Origin: Bryobacterales bacterium
GTDB taxonomy: Bacteria > Acidobacteriota > Terriglobia > Bryobacterales > UBA6623
Direction: 5' to 3'
Assembly: GCA_963422375.2 (NCBI GenBank)
Contig: OY729428.2
Span: 1,312,001 to 1,376,000 of the forward strand
DNA: 64,000 nucleotides
Of this stretch, positions 33,913 to 43,343 are shown in pieces. The notes beneath the pieces were generated by a model, which saw nothing but the letters and a program-made list of their open reading frames with translations, made no database searches and had not been told where the DNA came from. The position numbers and the translations under genes were made by a program. Within the stretch, counting starts at the first letter, position 1. Each line of letters opens with the position of its first letter.

Positions 33913-34310
33913 GGGGCGCGAAGGGGCTGGCGCGGCAGCGCAAGCGCTACGCCCAACACAAGGCGCTCGGGGTCTGCGTGCGGTGCGCCCGGATGGTGCC
34001 GCGCCTGGGGGACCCCCTCTGCCCCGAGTGCTCGCGGAGCCAGGCGCGGATATCGCGGCGCTCGAAGCGCAAGGCGCGGGCCGCCCGGGCGTCGAGCGGG
34101 CTGTGCGCCCGATGCGGAGCCCGCCCGGCCCGGCCCGGCGTCCTCCTGTGCGGCGAGTGCAAGGACAGGGAGACCGCGGAGAACAAGCGCCGCCGCGAGG
34201 CCCGGGCCGCGCAAGGCCTCTGCATCCAGTGCGGCGCGACCGCCGTCGCCGGCCGCTATCGCATGTGCCTGGCCTGCCGGCTAGCCGCGTCGGAGCGCAA
34301 GAGACGATGA
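33909..34310 (+). CDS. Basic protein with three GxCxxC...LCxxC zinc-ribbon repeats
   Basis: GVCVRC, GLCARC, GLCIQC. Confidence 0.75.
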   Translation: MRGAKGLARQRKRYAQHKALGVCVRCARMVPRLGDPLCPECSRSQARISRRSKRKARAARASSGLCARCGARPARPGVLLCGECKDRETAENKRRREARAAQGLCIQCGATAVAGRYRMCLACRLAASERKRR

Positions 34311-34981
34311 CCCTGCGCGCGCGCGGCGAGGGACCGCGGACCGCGGCCTGGACGGTGCGGTACCTGTCGCTCCAGTCCCTGCCCGGGGAAATCCAGGTCC
34401 ACGAGGGCGAGCTGGGCGCCTACTTCGCCGCGAGCGCGGAAGAGGCCCTCGACGCCGCCGAGGCCGACGTCGCGGCGGCCAGCCCGCGCGACCGGCGCTG
34501 GTTCGAGCGCGACGGCTGCGAGTGCGAGTGGTGCTGCACCTGCGGGTGCGCCTGCGGGTGCGCCGCCTGCGAAGCCTGCGACGCGAGCGCGGACTGCGAG
34601 TGCGTCTGCGAGTGCGGCAGGCATCGCGACGCGAGCGGCGAGCCGGTGGAGCTGCCGCGGGTGGACCTGTCCTGCTTCGGCGCCGGCGCCCTCGCCGGCG
34701 AGCGCCCGGGCGTCGCCGCCGGCTCGCGGCACGAGCTGAGGTGCATGCGGGGCGGCGACGGGATGCCGGTCCGGCCCGGCCGGAGCGTGACGCTCCTGCC
34801 GCTCGCGGCCCCGGCGCGCCTGCCGCTGTCGACCCCGCCCGGACCCGGCGAGACGGGCGTGACGGAGGAGCTCGGATCGCCGGGCTCGGGCGCCGCCCTG
34901 GTGCGCTGGGAGCGCTCCGGCGACCTCTGGTGCCCGGTCGCGGATCTCGCGGTCACCCGCAGCCGGAGGGCGCGGGCGTGA
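34307..34981 (+). CDS. Hypothetical protein with dense Cys cluster
   Basis: CECEWCCTCGCACGCAACEACDASADCECVCEC. Confidence 0.6.
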   Translation: MTLRARGEGPRTAAWTVRYLSLQSLPGEIQVHEGELGAYFAASAEEALDAAEADVAAASPRDRRWFERDGCECEWCCTCGCACGCAACEACDASADCECVCECGRHRDASGEPVELPRVDLSCFGAGALAGERPGVAAGSRHELRCMRGGDGMPVRPGRSVTLLPLAAPARLPLSTPPGPGETGVTEELGSPGSGAALVRWERSGDLWCPVADLAVTRSRRARA

Positions 34982-36204
34982 CCGTGCGCGTGGACCGGAT
35001 CCGCGTCGGGCCGCGGCACCGCCGCGAGCTGGGCGACATCGAGGAGCTGGCGCGCTCGATCCGCGCGGTAGGCCTGCTGCAGCCGGTCGGCGTCCGGCGC
35101 TCCGGAGAGGGCTTCGATCTCTGCTTCGGCGCCCGGCGCCTGGAGGCCTGCCGCCGGCTGGGCCGCGAGGAGATCGAGGCCGTGCTGGTGGACAGCGAGC
35201 CGGCGCCCGCCGAGCGGGCCGAGTGGGCCGAGTGGGAAGAGAACGAGATCCGCAAGGACCTCGCCCCGAGCGAGCGCGTCGCCCTCGCGGAGGCCCTGCG
35301 GTCGGAAAATATTCCGATCGCCGCCGTCCCGCGCCCGGACTCGGAAAATATTCCGAAGCCGACCGTCGCCGAGGCCGCGAAGAAGGCGGGCTTCGGCAAC
35401 GAACGCACCTTCCGCGACGCGCGCAAGGTCGGCGCGCGCGGCACCGAGTCGCTGCGCCAGGCGATGGACGCGGGCCGGATCAGCGTGTCCGCGGCCGCCC
35501 GGCTGGCCGATCTCCCGCCCGCGCGGCAGGACGAGCTGGTCGCCGGCGAGCCCCGCGAGCGGCGCGAGGCCGTGCGCTCGCTGCGGGCGGGCCGGGGCGA
35601 CCCGGAAAATATTCCGAGTCCCGGCGATCCGGAAAATATTCCGAGTCCGGGCATCCGCCCGCCGACGGCCTCCGAGCGGATCGGCTGGCTCGTGCGGGCG
35701 CTGGAGGCATTCGAGCGCGAAGCCCGCGACGCCGGCGTGACCGCGGCCCACCTGCGGGCGGCGGACGTCGCGCGGCGCGAGACGCTGCGACGGGCCCTGG
35801 CCTCGGCCTCCGGCCTGCTGGACCGGCTGGCCCGCGAGGCGAGCCCGGGCGCGGGGGCGCCTGCCTGGGAAGCCTACGCCGCGGCCTACCTCGGGCGCTA
35901 CGGCGTCCCGCCGGTGCGCAACGCGAAGGTCAACGCGCAGATGGCCCGGTTCGCGAGCCGCGTGCCGGCCGGGGACGCGCCGGCCGTGGCCGCCTACTAC
36001 CTCGGCCATCCCAACGCCTGGTACGCCCGCGCCGGCCACGCGGTCGGTCAGCTCCTGGCCGACGCCGAGAAGCTGCACATGGAATGGCGGCGGGGGCGCC
36101 CCGTGACGGCCGCGGGGGCGGCCCGCGCCGAGCGCTCCGCGGCCAACGTGGAGAGCTCGCTGGGGGCTCTCGAGCTGCTGCGGGAGAGCGGGCATGTCCG
36201 GTAG
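34978..36204 (+). CDS. ParB N-terminal domain protein fused to a phage replication-type C-terminal domain
   Basis: LARSIRAVGLLQPVGV, GARRLEAC, EENEIRKDL; AWEAYAAAYLGRYGVPPVRNAKVNAQM. Confidence 0.85.
   Translation: MTVRVDRIRVGPRHRRELGDIEELARSIRAVGLLQPVGVRRSGEGFDLCFGARRLEACRRLGREEIEAVLVDSEPAPAERAEWAEWEENEIRKDLAPSERVALAEALRSENIPIAAVPRPDSENIPKPTVAEAAKKAGFGNERTFRDARKVGARGTESLRQAMDAGRISVSAAARLADLPPARQDELVAGEPRERREAVRSLRAGRGDPENIPSPGDPENIPSPGIRPPTASERIGWLVRALEAFEREARDAGVTAAHLRAADVARRETLRRALASASGLLDRLAREASPGAGAPAWEAYAAAYLGRYGVPPVRNAKVNAQMARFASRVPAGDAPAVAAYYLGHPNAWYARAGHAVGQLLADAEKLHMEWRRGRPVTAAGAARAERSAANVESSLGALELLRESGHVR
35302..35644. repeat. Four copies of palindromic (T/C)CGGAAAATATTCCGA
   Basis: 35302-17, 35341-56, 35602-17, 35629-44. 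Confidence 0.9.
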
Positions 36205-36727
36205 CGACGCGCGCGCGATGCTCGGGGCGATCACCCTGACGGCCGAGCTGTGCGGGGCGGACCTGAGCGAGCGGGCCCGGGCGGCCATGGTCCGGCGCCT
36301 GGAGCCGTTCGGCCGCGCGGCCGTGCTGGCCGCCCTCGACCGCGTGCAGGCGGAGCATCACGGGAGGCTGACCCTGGCGGCCGTGATCGACCGCATCGAG
36401 GACGGGCGGCCGGGCCCGGAGGAGGCCTGGGCCGTCTGCTGGCGCGACGAGAGCGAGTCGGCCTGGCTGACCGCCGAGCAGATCCGGGCGGCCCGGGCGG
36501 CCGCCCCCCTGGTGCGGGCCGGCGACCCGGTCGGGGCCCGCATGGCCTTCCTCGAGGTCTACCGGCGCGAGACGCGGATCGCCCGCTCGGCCGGCCGCCC
36601 CGCGGCATGGCGTCTCGTCCCGGGCTCCGATCCGGAGCGCCTGCGAGAGGCCGTCCGCCTCGGCGCGGCGCGAGGCCTCGCGAGGGCGCTGCCGCCGGCC
36701 CCGAACGGGGCGGATGTGGCCGCATGA
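36194..36727 (+). CDS. Putative helicase loader/inhibitor
   Basis: DGRPGPEEAWA, GDPVGARMAFLEVY; follows replication gene. Confidence 0.6.
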   Translation: MSGSDARAMLGAITLTAELCGADLSERARAAMVRRLEPFGRAAVLAALDRVQAEHHGRLTLAAVIDRIEDGRPGPEEAWAVCWRDESESAWLTAEQIRAARAAAPLVRAGDPVGARMAFLEVYRRETRIARSAGRPAAWRLVPGSDPERLREAVRLGAARGLARALPPAPNGADVAA

Positions 36728-37992
36728 GGGCGAATCAGCTACAATCCCTGGCCGAGGTCGGGGACTTGGCGCGGCGCCGGTTGCAGAAGCAGGGGGAGCT
36801 CGTGAAATCCGGCGGCTTTTGGAAGGGCCGCTGGCGCGAGGACGTGCGTCTGGAGGGCGGCGGGATCGCCCGCAAGTGGTCGCCGCGAGTGATGGTCGCC
36901 CCGGCCGAGGGCCGCTTCGGCGTCACCAAGCGCGAGGCCCAGCGCATGTTCTGGGACACCTACCTGTCGCGGCTCGACGACAACAATCTCGTGCCGCGCT
37001 CGATGGAGACGTTCGGGCGCTTCGCGGCGGGGCACTACGACCGAGAGCGCCTCGCGCGCCTGCGGCGGCCCGCATCGCCGCGCCTCTGCCTCGCCCGGCT
37101 CCCGGAATGGTTCGCGCGGCTGCGCCTGCGGGACGTGACCAAGGCGGACGTGCAGCGGGCCTGCGACGAGCTGCTCGCGGCGGGCCTCGCCCCGGGCACC
37201 GCGCGCAACACGCGCGTGGCCGTCCACGCCCTGTTCGAGTTCGCGGCCGAGGAGGGCTTCCACGCCGGTCGCAACCCCGCCCGGGGGGTGCGAATCCCGC
37301 AGGGCGGGACCCGCGAGACGCGGGCCCTCTCCTACCCCGAGGCGCGGGCCCTGCTGGACGGCCTGCAGCATCGCGCCGCCAAGGACATCACGGCGTGCGC
37401 CCTGATGACGGGATGCCGCGTCTCCGAGATCGCCGGCCTCGAGTGGGGCCGCGTCAACCTCGGCAGCGCGTGGAAGTCGGACGGGGGGACGATCGTGCCG
37501 CCGCGCTCGGCGGCCGTCGTCGAGCAGTGGTACCGGGGCGCCGCCGGGCCCCTCAAGACCGCTTCGAGCCAGCGGGTCGTGCCCCTGCCCGGACCGCTGG
37601 CCGCGATCCTCGGCAAGCGCCGCGACGAGGCTCCCGCGGGCTCCGCCTACGTCTTCGAGGGCCCGCGGGGCCGGCCCTGGGAGGTCGGCTCGCTGGCGCG
37701 CTGCTACCTCAAGCCCGCGGCGGCGGCCGCCGGCGTCGGACGGGTCCACTGGCACGCCTTGCGGCACACCCACGCCACGTGGCTCTTCCAGATGGGCATG
37801 TCCGAGCCCGACCGCAAGGCGCAGCTGGGGCATGCCGCGCCCGGAGTGCACGCCGGGTACCTGCACTTGCGCCTCGAGGACCGCAGGGAGCCGCTGGAGA
37901 GGCTGGCCGCCGCGCTGTTCGGGCCGGATCCGGAACCCGAGCCCGAGCCGACCGCCGCGGATCTCGCGGCCCTGGAAGGGTACTTCGCGTGA
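36724..37992 (+). CDS. int: Tyrosine integrase
   Basis: TGCRVSE, PLKT, HALRHT, LGH, GY catalytic residues. Confidence 0.93.
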   Translation: MRANQLQSLAEVGDLARRRLQKQGELVKSGGFWKGRWREDVRLEGGGIARKWSPRVMVAPAEGRFGVTKREAQRMFWDTYLSRLDDNNLVPRSMETFGRFAAGHYDRERLARLRRPASPRLCLARLPEWFARLRLRDVTKADVQRACDELLAAGLAPGTARNTRVAVHALFEFAAEEGFHAGRNPARGVRIPQGGTRETRALSYPEARALLDGLQHRAAKDITACALMTGCRVSEIAGLEWGRVNLGSAWKSDGGTIVPPRSAAVVEQWYRGAAGPLKTASSQRVVPLPGPLAAILGKRRDEAPAGSAYVFEGPRGRPWEVGSLARCYLKPAAAAAGVGRVHWHALRHTHATWLFQMGMSEPDRKAQLGHAAPGVHAGYLHLRLEDRREPLERLAAALFGPDPEPEPEPTAADLAALEGYFA

Positions 37993-38180
37993 CGATTCTG
38001 TCCACGTTCGGTCCACGGAGGGGCGGCGAGGCCGGCGCGGAGTGGGCTCGATACCGCCTCGGATTGCTGGCCGTAATCCGTTGCGGAAACGGTAGTTGCG
38101 CTTGTTGCGCTTGTCCCTGCCCGCCTGCGCGGGCCGGGACCCTCCGGACGCGGCATGCTGTTCCACTGCAACGGCTGGTG
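37993..38180. other. Putative attR region
   Basis: GTCCACG direct repeats at 38000 and 38011; junction into host gene near 38159. Confidence 0.55.
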
Positions 38181-39105
38181 TTTTCCGTGGGCCGTTGCCG
38201 CGGTCGGGGCGACGAACGTCTGCTTGCGGAAGGTGGTGCCCTCGGAGGTCTACCGGCTGATCCGCGAGCGCGGCGTCACGCACATGTGCTGCGCTCCGAC
38301 CGTGCTGACCGCGCTGTATTCGAGCCCGGACGCGGACGGGCAGGACCTGAGCGGTCTCACGATCGCGACGGCGGGCGCGCCGCCCGCTCCGCAGGTCATT
38401 CGCAGAATGGAGGGCATGGGCGCCCAGGTGTGCCACGTCTACGGTCTCACCGAGACCTACGGACCGTACGCGGTGTGCGCCGACCAGCCCGGCTGGGACA
38501 GTCTCGATGCCGGGCGGCGGGCCTTGGTCAAGGCCCGTCAGGGCGTGCCGTTCGGCGTCGCGGGAGACGGCCTGCGCGTGGTCGACGAGTGCATGCGCGA
38601 GGTGCCTCGCGACGGGGCGACGATGGGCGAGGTCGTCATGCGCGGCAACATGGTCATGACCGGATACTTCAACGAGCCGCAAGCCACGGTCAACGCGTTC
38701 AGGGGCGGCTGGTTCCACTCCGGCGACCTAGCCGTACGGCACCCCGACGGCTACGTCGAGCTCCGGGACCGCGCCAAGGACATCATCGTTTCCGGCGGGG
38801 AGAACATTTCGAGCCAAGAGGTCGAGAAGGTCGTCATGGAGCATCCTGCCGTGCTCGAGGTGTGCGTCGTCGGAGTCCCGGACGAGAAATGGGGGGAGGT
38901 GCCGAAGGCGTTCGTGGCCCCCCGCGCGGGAGCGGAGGCTTCCGAAGCCGAGATCATCCGCTTCACGCGCGAGCGCCTGTCGCACTTCAAGTGCCCCAAG
39001 CATGTCGAGTTCGGGGATCTGCCCAAGACGGCGACGGGGAAGATCCAGAAGTTCGTCTTGCGCGAGCGCGAATGGAAGGGACGCGAGAAGCGCATTCTCG
39101 GCTGA
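38155..39105 (+). pseudogene. 5'-truncated acyl-CoA synthetase (AMP-binding family)
   Basis: Starts at FHCNGW; has YGLTE, GWFHSGD, DRAKD, PKTATGK but no YTSGTTG loop. Confidence 0.85.
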
Positions 39106-39129
39106 GGCCGGGGAACGAGCCCGGCGGTC

Positions 39130-40604
39130 TCAGCGCGCCCGTCTGGGGGCCAGCCCGGTCGCGGCCGCGAGCACGAGCAGTGCGCTCGCGGATAGCGCCA
39201 GGACCGGCAGAGCCTGCGCGACCGTGGCGGGCAGCGCCTCCGGCGGCGGGCCCGCGGCCAGGAACGCCCGCCTGACTGTCTCCGCGGCGAGGCCCGCTAG
39301 GACGGCGGCTCTCGCGATGCCCGGAGCTGTCGGACGCCATTCGCGCTCTCCCCGGCGCAGCTGCCCGGTCGCGCGCTTCCCGTGCGCCAGGCAGCCTAGT
39401 AGCAATGCAGCGGCCGCGGCCAGGAAGGCCGCCGCCCACGTGTCCGGGGTTTCCCAAGGCGCGGCCTTCGACGGCGGCGGCAGGGGCGCCCCGTCCGTGC
39501 TGCGCAGAATCGCGCGGGCGATCGGACCGGCCCTCTCGGCTCCCGAGTTCAGCAGGACCGCGACGCCGGCGCGGCGCCGCGGCGCGAGCACCGCGGCGGC
39601 GTTGCCGCCCCAGATCATGCCCGTGTGCTCGAGCACGAGCTCGTCCGCGGTCGAGCTCGTCGCGTCCGCGACCTGCCAGCCGAGATCGTAGCCGGTCTCG
39701 AGCCGCTCCCACCAGGCGCCGTCGGCCGGAAGGCCCGGCGCGCTCGCCCGCCGCGGATCCAGAATTGCCGCGATGTACGAGCCCATGTCCGCCGCGCTCG
39801 CCTTGACGAGCGAGCTGCCGTGCCAGCCGGCGAACCGCGAGGGGCTAACCCTCACGCGGCCCCACTGCCGCTCGTGGCGGTCGGCCGCTCCCCAAGCGCG
39901 CGCCTCGCTGTATTCCGCGGTGGTCCGGCGCATTCCGAGCGGATCGAAGACAGCCTCCCGCATGTACGCGGCGAACCGAGCCCCCCGGACGCCCGCTCGA
40001 CCACGGCGGCCAGCAGCACGTAGTTGCTGTTGGCGTACGAGTAGGTCTCGCCGGGCGGGCTCTCTGGCAGGGCGCCGGCCAGCCGCTCGACCGCCGCGTC
40101 GAGGTCTCCCTCCCCGGGCCTTCCGCAGCAGGGCGCCAGGAAGTCGTGCCGCCGGCGCAGTCCGCTCCGGTGCTGCAGCAGATCACGGAGCGTCACTCCG
40201 TTCCAGCGCTGGGCGCGGAACTCCGGCAGCCAGAAATCCACGCCGGCGCCGCGATCGAGGACCCCGTCGCCCTCCAGGCGCAGCACCGCCAGCGCGGTCA
40301 GCGCCTTGCTCAGGGACGCCAGCTCCACCGGGGTGTCGACAAGCATCGGTTCCCGCGAGGCGACGCTCCGCACGCCGTAGGCCGTTGCGTGGGCCACCCG
40401 GCCGTCCACGGCGATCGCGAGGGCCAGGCCCGGGATTCCGTTGAGCTCCATTTCGGCCCGCGCGAAGCGGTCGATGTCGGCATCGGTCGCGCCTGCGACG
40501 GAACCCGCCCCGCAGAGCGCGAGGCCTAGCAGGATTGCGGGACGCGCCCGCCGGGGTCCGGGACGGCCTTCCGGGGCGCTCGAGGGTTCCTGCCGAGCGG
40601 GCAT
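39130..40604 (-). pseudogene. Beta-lactamase-family serine hydrolase, frameshifted at a G6 tract
   Basis: SLSK, YANSNY, HTG motifs split across frames at 39981-86. Confidence 0.8.
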
Positions 40605-40650
40605 GGGGACTCGCTGCCCGAGACGCGCGGGCGGCAGCCTGCGCCGGGCC

Positions 40651-43239
40651 TCACCGACGCGTCTCGCGGGCTCGTCGCTCGAACACCGCCCGGGCCTCGT
40701 CGAACTGGCCGAGGACGTGCTCGCGCTCTGCCGCCGAGCGCCAGCCGGGGTGTTCCCGCGCTTGGCGGGCGATGTCGTCGATCCAGCGGACGAAGTAGCG
40801 AGCGTCCTCCGCGGACCGAATCGGCTCGTCGCCGCAGTAGACGTAGACCGGGCCGGTCTCCGCATACAGGTGCGTGTCGTCGATCGGGAACACGGGCCCG
40901 TCGGTCCTGGCGCGCAGGGTGTACCAGCCGCTCGCGTCTACCGCTACGCTCGCGCGCAGCGCCGCCGAGCGCCCGTCGGCGCCCAGCTCGATCTCGCGGA
41001 CGGGTTCCCCGTTCCGAACCAGCTCGAGCCGGTCCACCGGGAACGCGGACTCGAGCCGCGCCTCGACTTGGACCGCTCCCCCTCCGGGCGGCAGCCGGAT
41101 CTCGCCCCCCGGCAGCTCCCCGTCGAGGGCCAGCTGCACGAGCGGGCCGTTCGTGACGAAGGTCCGGCCGTCGCGGACCGCGTCGACCCAGCGGTCCCAC
41201 GCCAGTCGGTCCCCGAGGTAGGCGTACATCCGCGCCGCTCCGATCGCCGGCGTGCGGTGCAGCCCGGTGATGGAGTCCTCTCCTCCCGACGCGGTGACCC
41301 GGAAGCCGCAGTTCAGGGCGCGATGCCACACTCGCGCGGTGTTCCGGGCCTGTCGCGCGCTCGTCATCACCTCGAGGTAGGCCAGCTGGCCGAGCGCCAG
41401 GTCGACCGGGAAGCCGCGCGCTCCGCCGTAGCCCGCATCCGCGGGGTCGGTCGAGAACGGATGGACGTATCCTCCCAGCGCGCCCTGCTCCCGCGCCATT
41501 CGGAAGATGTCGGTGTTGCTGGGGTAGAGGCTATCGATCGCCGTGCCCTCGTATCCCGTGGTAAAAGGCGAGAGCAGGTGCCGCGTGAGGTTGATCAAGT
41601 TGATGTGACCGTAGAACGGCGGGCGGTATTCCTGCCCCCAGGCCAGGAGTCTCTCGGGGCCCGAACGGGCCCGGTCGAAGGCGCCGTCGTAGTACTGGTG
41701 GTCGAAGATGCGGTTGTCCTTGTTGGCGATCTTCTCGCCCACCACGTCGAGGCCCTCGGCGGCCGCCATGAACAGCAGGTTTTCTGGGGTGTTGCGGAGG
41801 TTTCCGCCGTAGTTCATATGCACGTGGTCGCTGCCGCTGTACCAGCCCCGCGCCCGCATGTCGGCGATGCGCTTGAGCGGTAGGCGGACCGAGGTCACCG
41901 CGCCCGGCTCGATCTCGGCGAAGGCCCCGGCGGGCTCGCGCTCGAAGCCCTTCGTTGCCAGAACGGCCACCCGCCCGGCAGGCACGTCGAGCGTGACCTC
42001 CCCGCTCGCGTGGAAGAAGTCGAGATGCATCGCGCGCGCCGCCACGCGCTGGTACGCGCGGGGCGGCGCGTAGGACTTGCCGTCCGCGGCTCGCAGGAAG
42101 ATCCGTGCCTCGGTGGGCCTCCCCGCTTCGGCGTCGGTGACGACGACACGCAGCGTGCCGTGGGGACGCAGGTACACTCGGCGGCGGATTTCGACGGCCC
42201 TGTCCTCGCCGCCGAACGTCTTCAGCAGGCGCAGGTCGGTGACGCCTCCCCGGTTCGAGACGTAGGCGATCCATTCCCCGTCGGGCGACCAGCGCGGGTC
42301 GAAGCGGTCCCATGCCCCGAACGTGAGCTGGTAGGGCTCGCCGCCCTCGACCGGGAGCACGTACAGGTTGCTGTACTGGCTTCCGCGATGCGAGCTGTAG
42401 ACGATGCGCGCGCCGTCGGGCGACCATTGCGGGCGCGTGCGGTAGAGCGTCTCCTCGCGCAGAATCCGCGCGGCCTTCGACATCGCGTCGGGGCCGGCCG
42501 GCGCCCGCCAGACGGCGCCCGAGCCCAGCGGGATGCCGCGGTTCGAGACGAAGATCATCTCCCGACCGTCGGGCGAGAGCGTGGGCTGGATGTGCAGGTC
42601 CTGGCTGCCGAAGTACAGGCGTGCGTTCGGGTAGGCGTTGTCCTCGGTCAGCCGGATGGGCTCGCCGGGCGAGCCGTCGCGCACGGGCAGCGCGTAGATG
42701 CTGAACCAGCCGTCGGGACGGGTGGAGACGAACAGGATCCGCTGCCCGCCGGGCGCCCAGACGGGATCGAGGTTGACGTGGCTGCCCTCCGTCAGAGCCG
42801 CGGTCTCGCCGCTGGCGATGTCGAGGAGCATCAGGTTGATCCCTTGGTACTGGTCGTCTGCGGTGTAGGCGATCCAGCGCCCGTCGGGCGACCAAGCGGG
42901 CGACGAATCGTACGTGGGCCCGGCGGTCAGCTGGTAGGCGACGTCCTCCCCGATGCGGATCTTCCAGATCGAGCCTGCCATGCTGAACGCGATCCATTCG
43001 CCGTCGGGGGAGAAGCACGGACGCCAGGGAGTGCTGGCCGCCGGCGGCAGGTGGTAGTTGTGCATGTAGTTGCCGCCCGTGCGGGCCTGCGGGTAGGCCG
43101 GCCGCAAGGGCTCGCCGCTGCGGTCGCCGAGAATCGCGTCGCGGATTTCCGCGGCAGTGACCGTCTGGCCGCCGAGCGGCGCTCCTGCCGCGAGCCACAA
43201 GGCCGCCCCGAGAAGAATCGATCTCCGTGGCCGCTTCAT
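40651..43239 (-). CDS. TolB/PD40-repeat protein with C-terminal PHP-like (CehA/McbA-type) metallohydrolase
   Basis: WSPDG repeats; SDHVHMNY, GQEYR, GRTFVTNGP; signal peptide. Confidence 0.85.
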   Translation of the reverse strand: MKRPRRSILLGAALWLAAGAPLGGQTVTAAEIRDAILGDRSGEPLRPAYPQARTGGNYMHNYHLPPAASTPWRPCFSPDGEWIAFSMAGSIWKIRIGEDVAYQLTAGPTYDSSPAWSPDGRWIAYTADDQYQGINLMLLDIASGETAALTEGSHVNLDPVWAPGGQRILFVSTRPDGWFSIYALPVRDGSPGEPIRLTEDNAYPNARLYFGSQDLHIQPTLSPDGREMIFVSNRGIPLGSGAVWRAPAGPDAMSKAARILREETLYRTRPQWSPDGARIVYSSHRGSQYSNLYVLPVEGGEPYQLTFGAWDRFDPRWSPDGEWIAYVSNRGGVTDLRLLKTFGGEDRAVEIRRRVYLRPHGTLRVVVTDAEAGRPTEARIFLRAADGKSYAPPRAYQRVAARAMHLDFFHASGEVTLDVPAGRVAVLATKGFEREPAGAFAEIEPGAVTSVRLPLKRIADMRARGWYSGSDHVHMNYGGNLRNTPENLLFMAAAEGLDVVGEKIANKDNRIFDHQYYDGAFDRARSGPERLLAWGQEYRPPFYGHINLINLTRHLLSPFTTGYEGTAIDSLYPSNTDIFRMAREQGALGGYVHPFSTDPADAGYGGARGFPVDLALGQLAYLEVMTSARQARNTARVWHRALNCGFRVTASGGEDSITGLHRTPAIGAARMYAYLGDRLAWDRWVDAVRDGRTFVTNGPLVQLALDGELPGGEIRLPPGGGAVQVEARLESAFPVDRLELVRNGEPVREIELGADGRSAALRASVAVDASGWYTLRARTDGPVFPIDDTHLYAETGPVYVYCGDEPIRSAEDARYFVRWIDDIARQAREHPGWRSAAEREHVLGQFDEARAVFERRARETRR

Positions 43240-43343
43240 CCCTCTCACCGCCGTCTAGTTTCGTCTATCCGGCCCTCGCGTGGCGGCTAGGGCGCTGCGA
43301 CCTCGATGCCGCGCCCACGGGCGGCGCCGATACGACCGCCCGT

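Noticed and set aside
38020..38100. tRNA-like att site (GGGCTCGATACC)
   Set aside because: No cloverleaf or CCA end; the truncated synthetase explains the junction better
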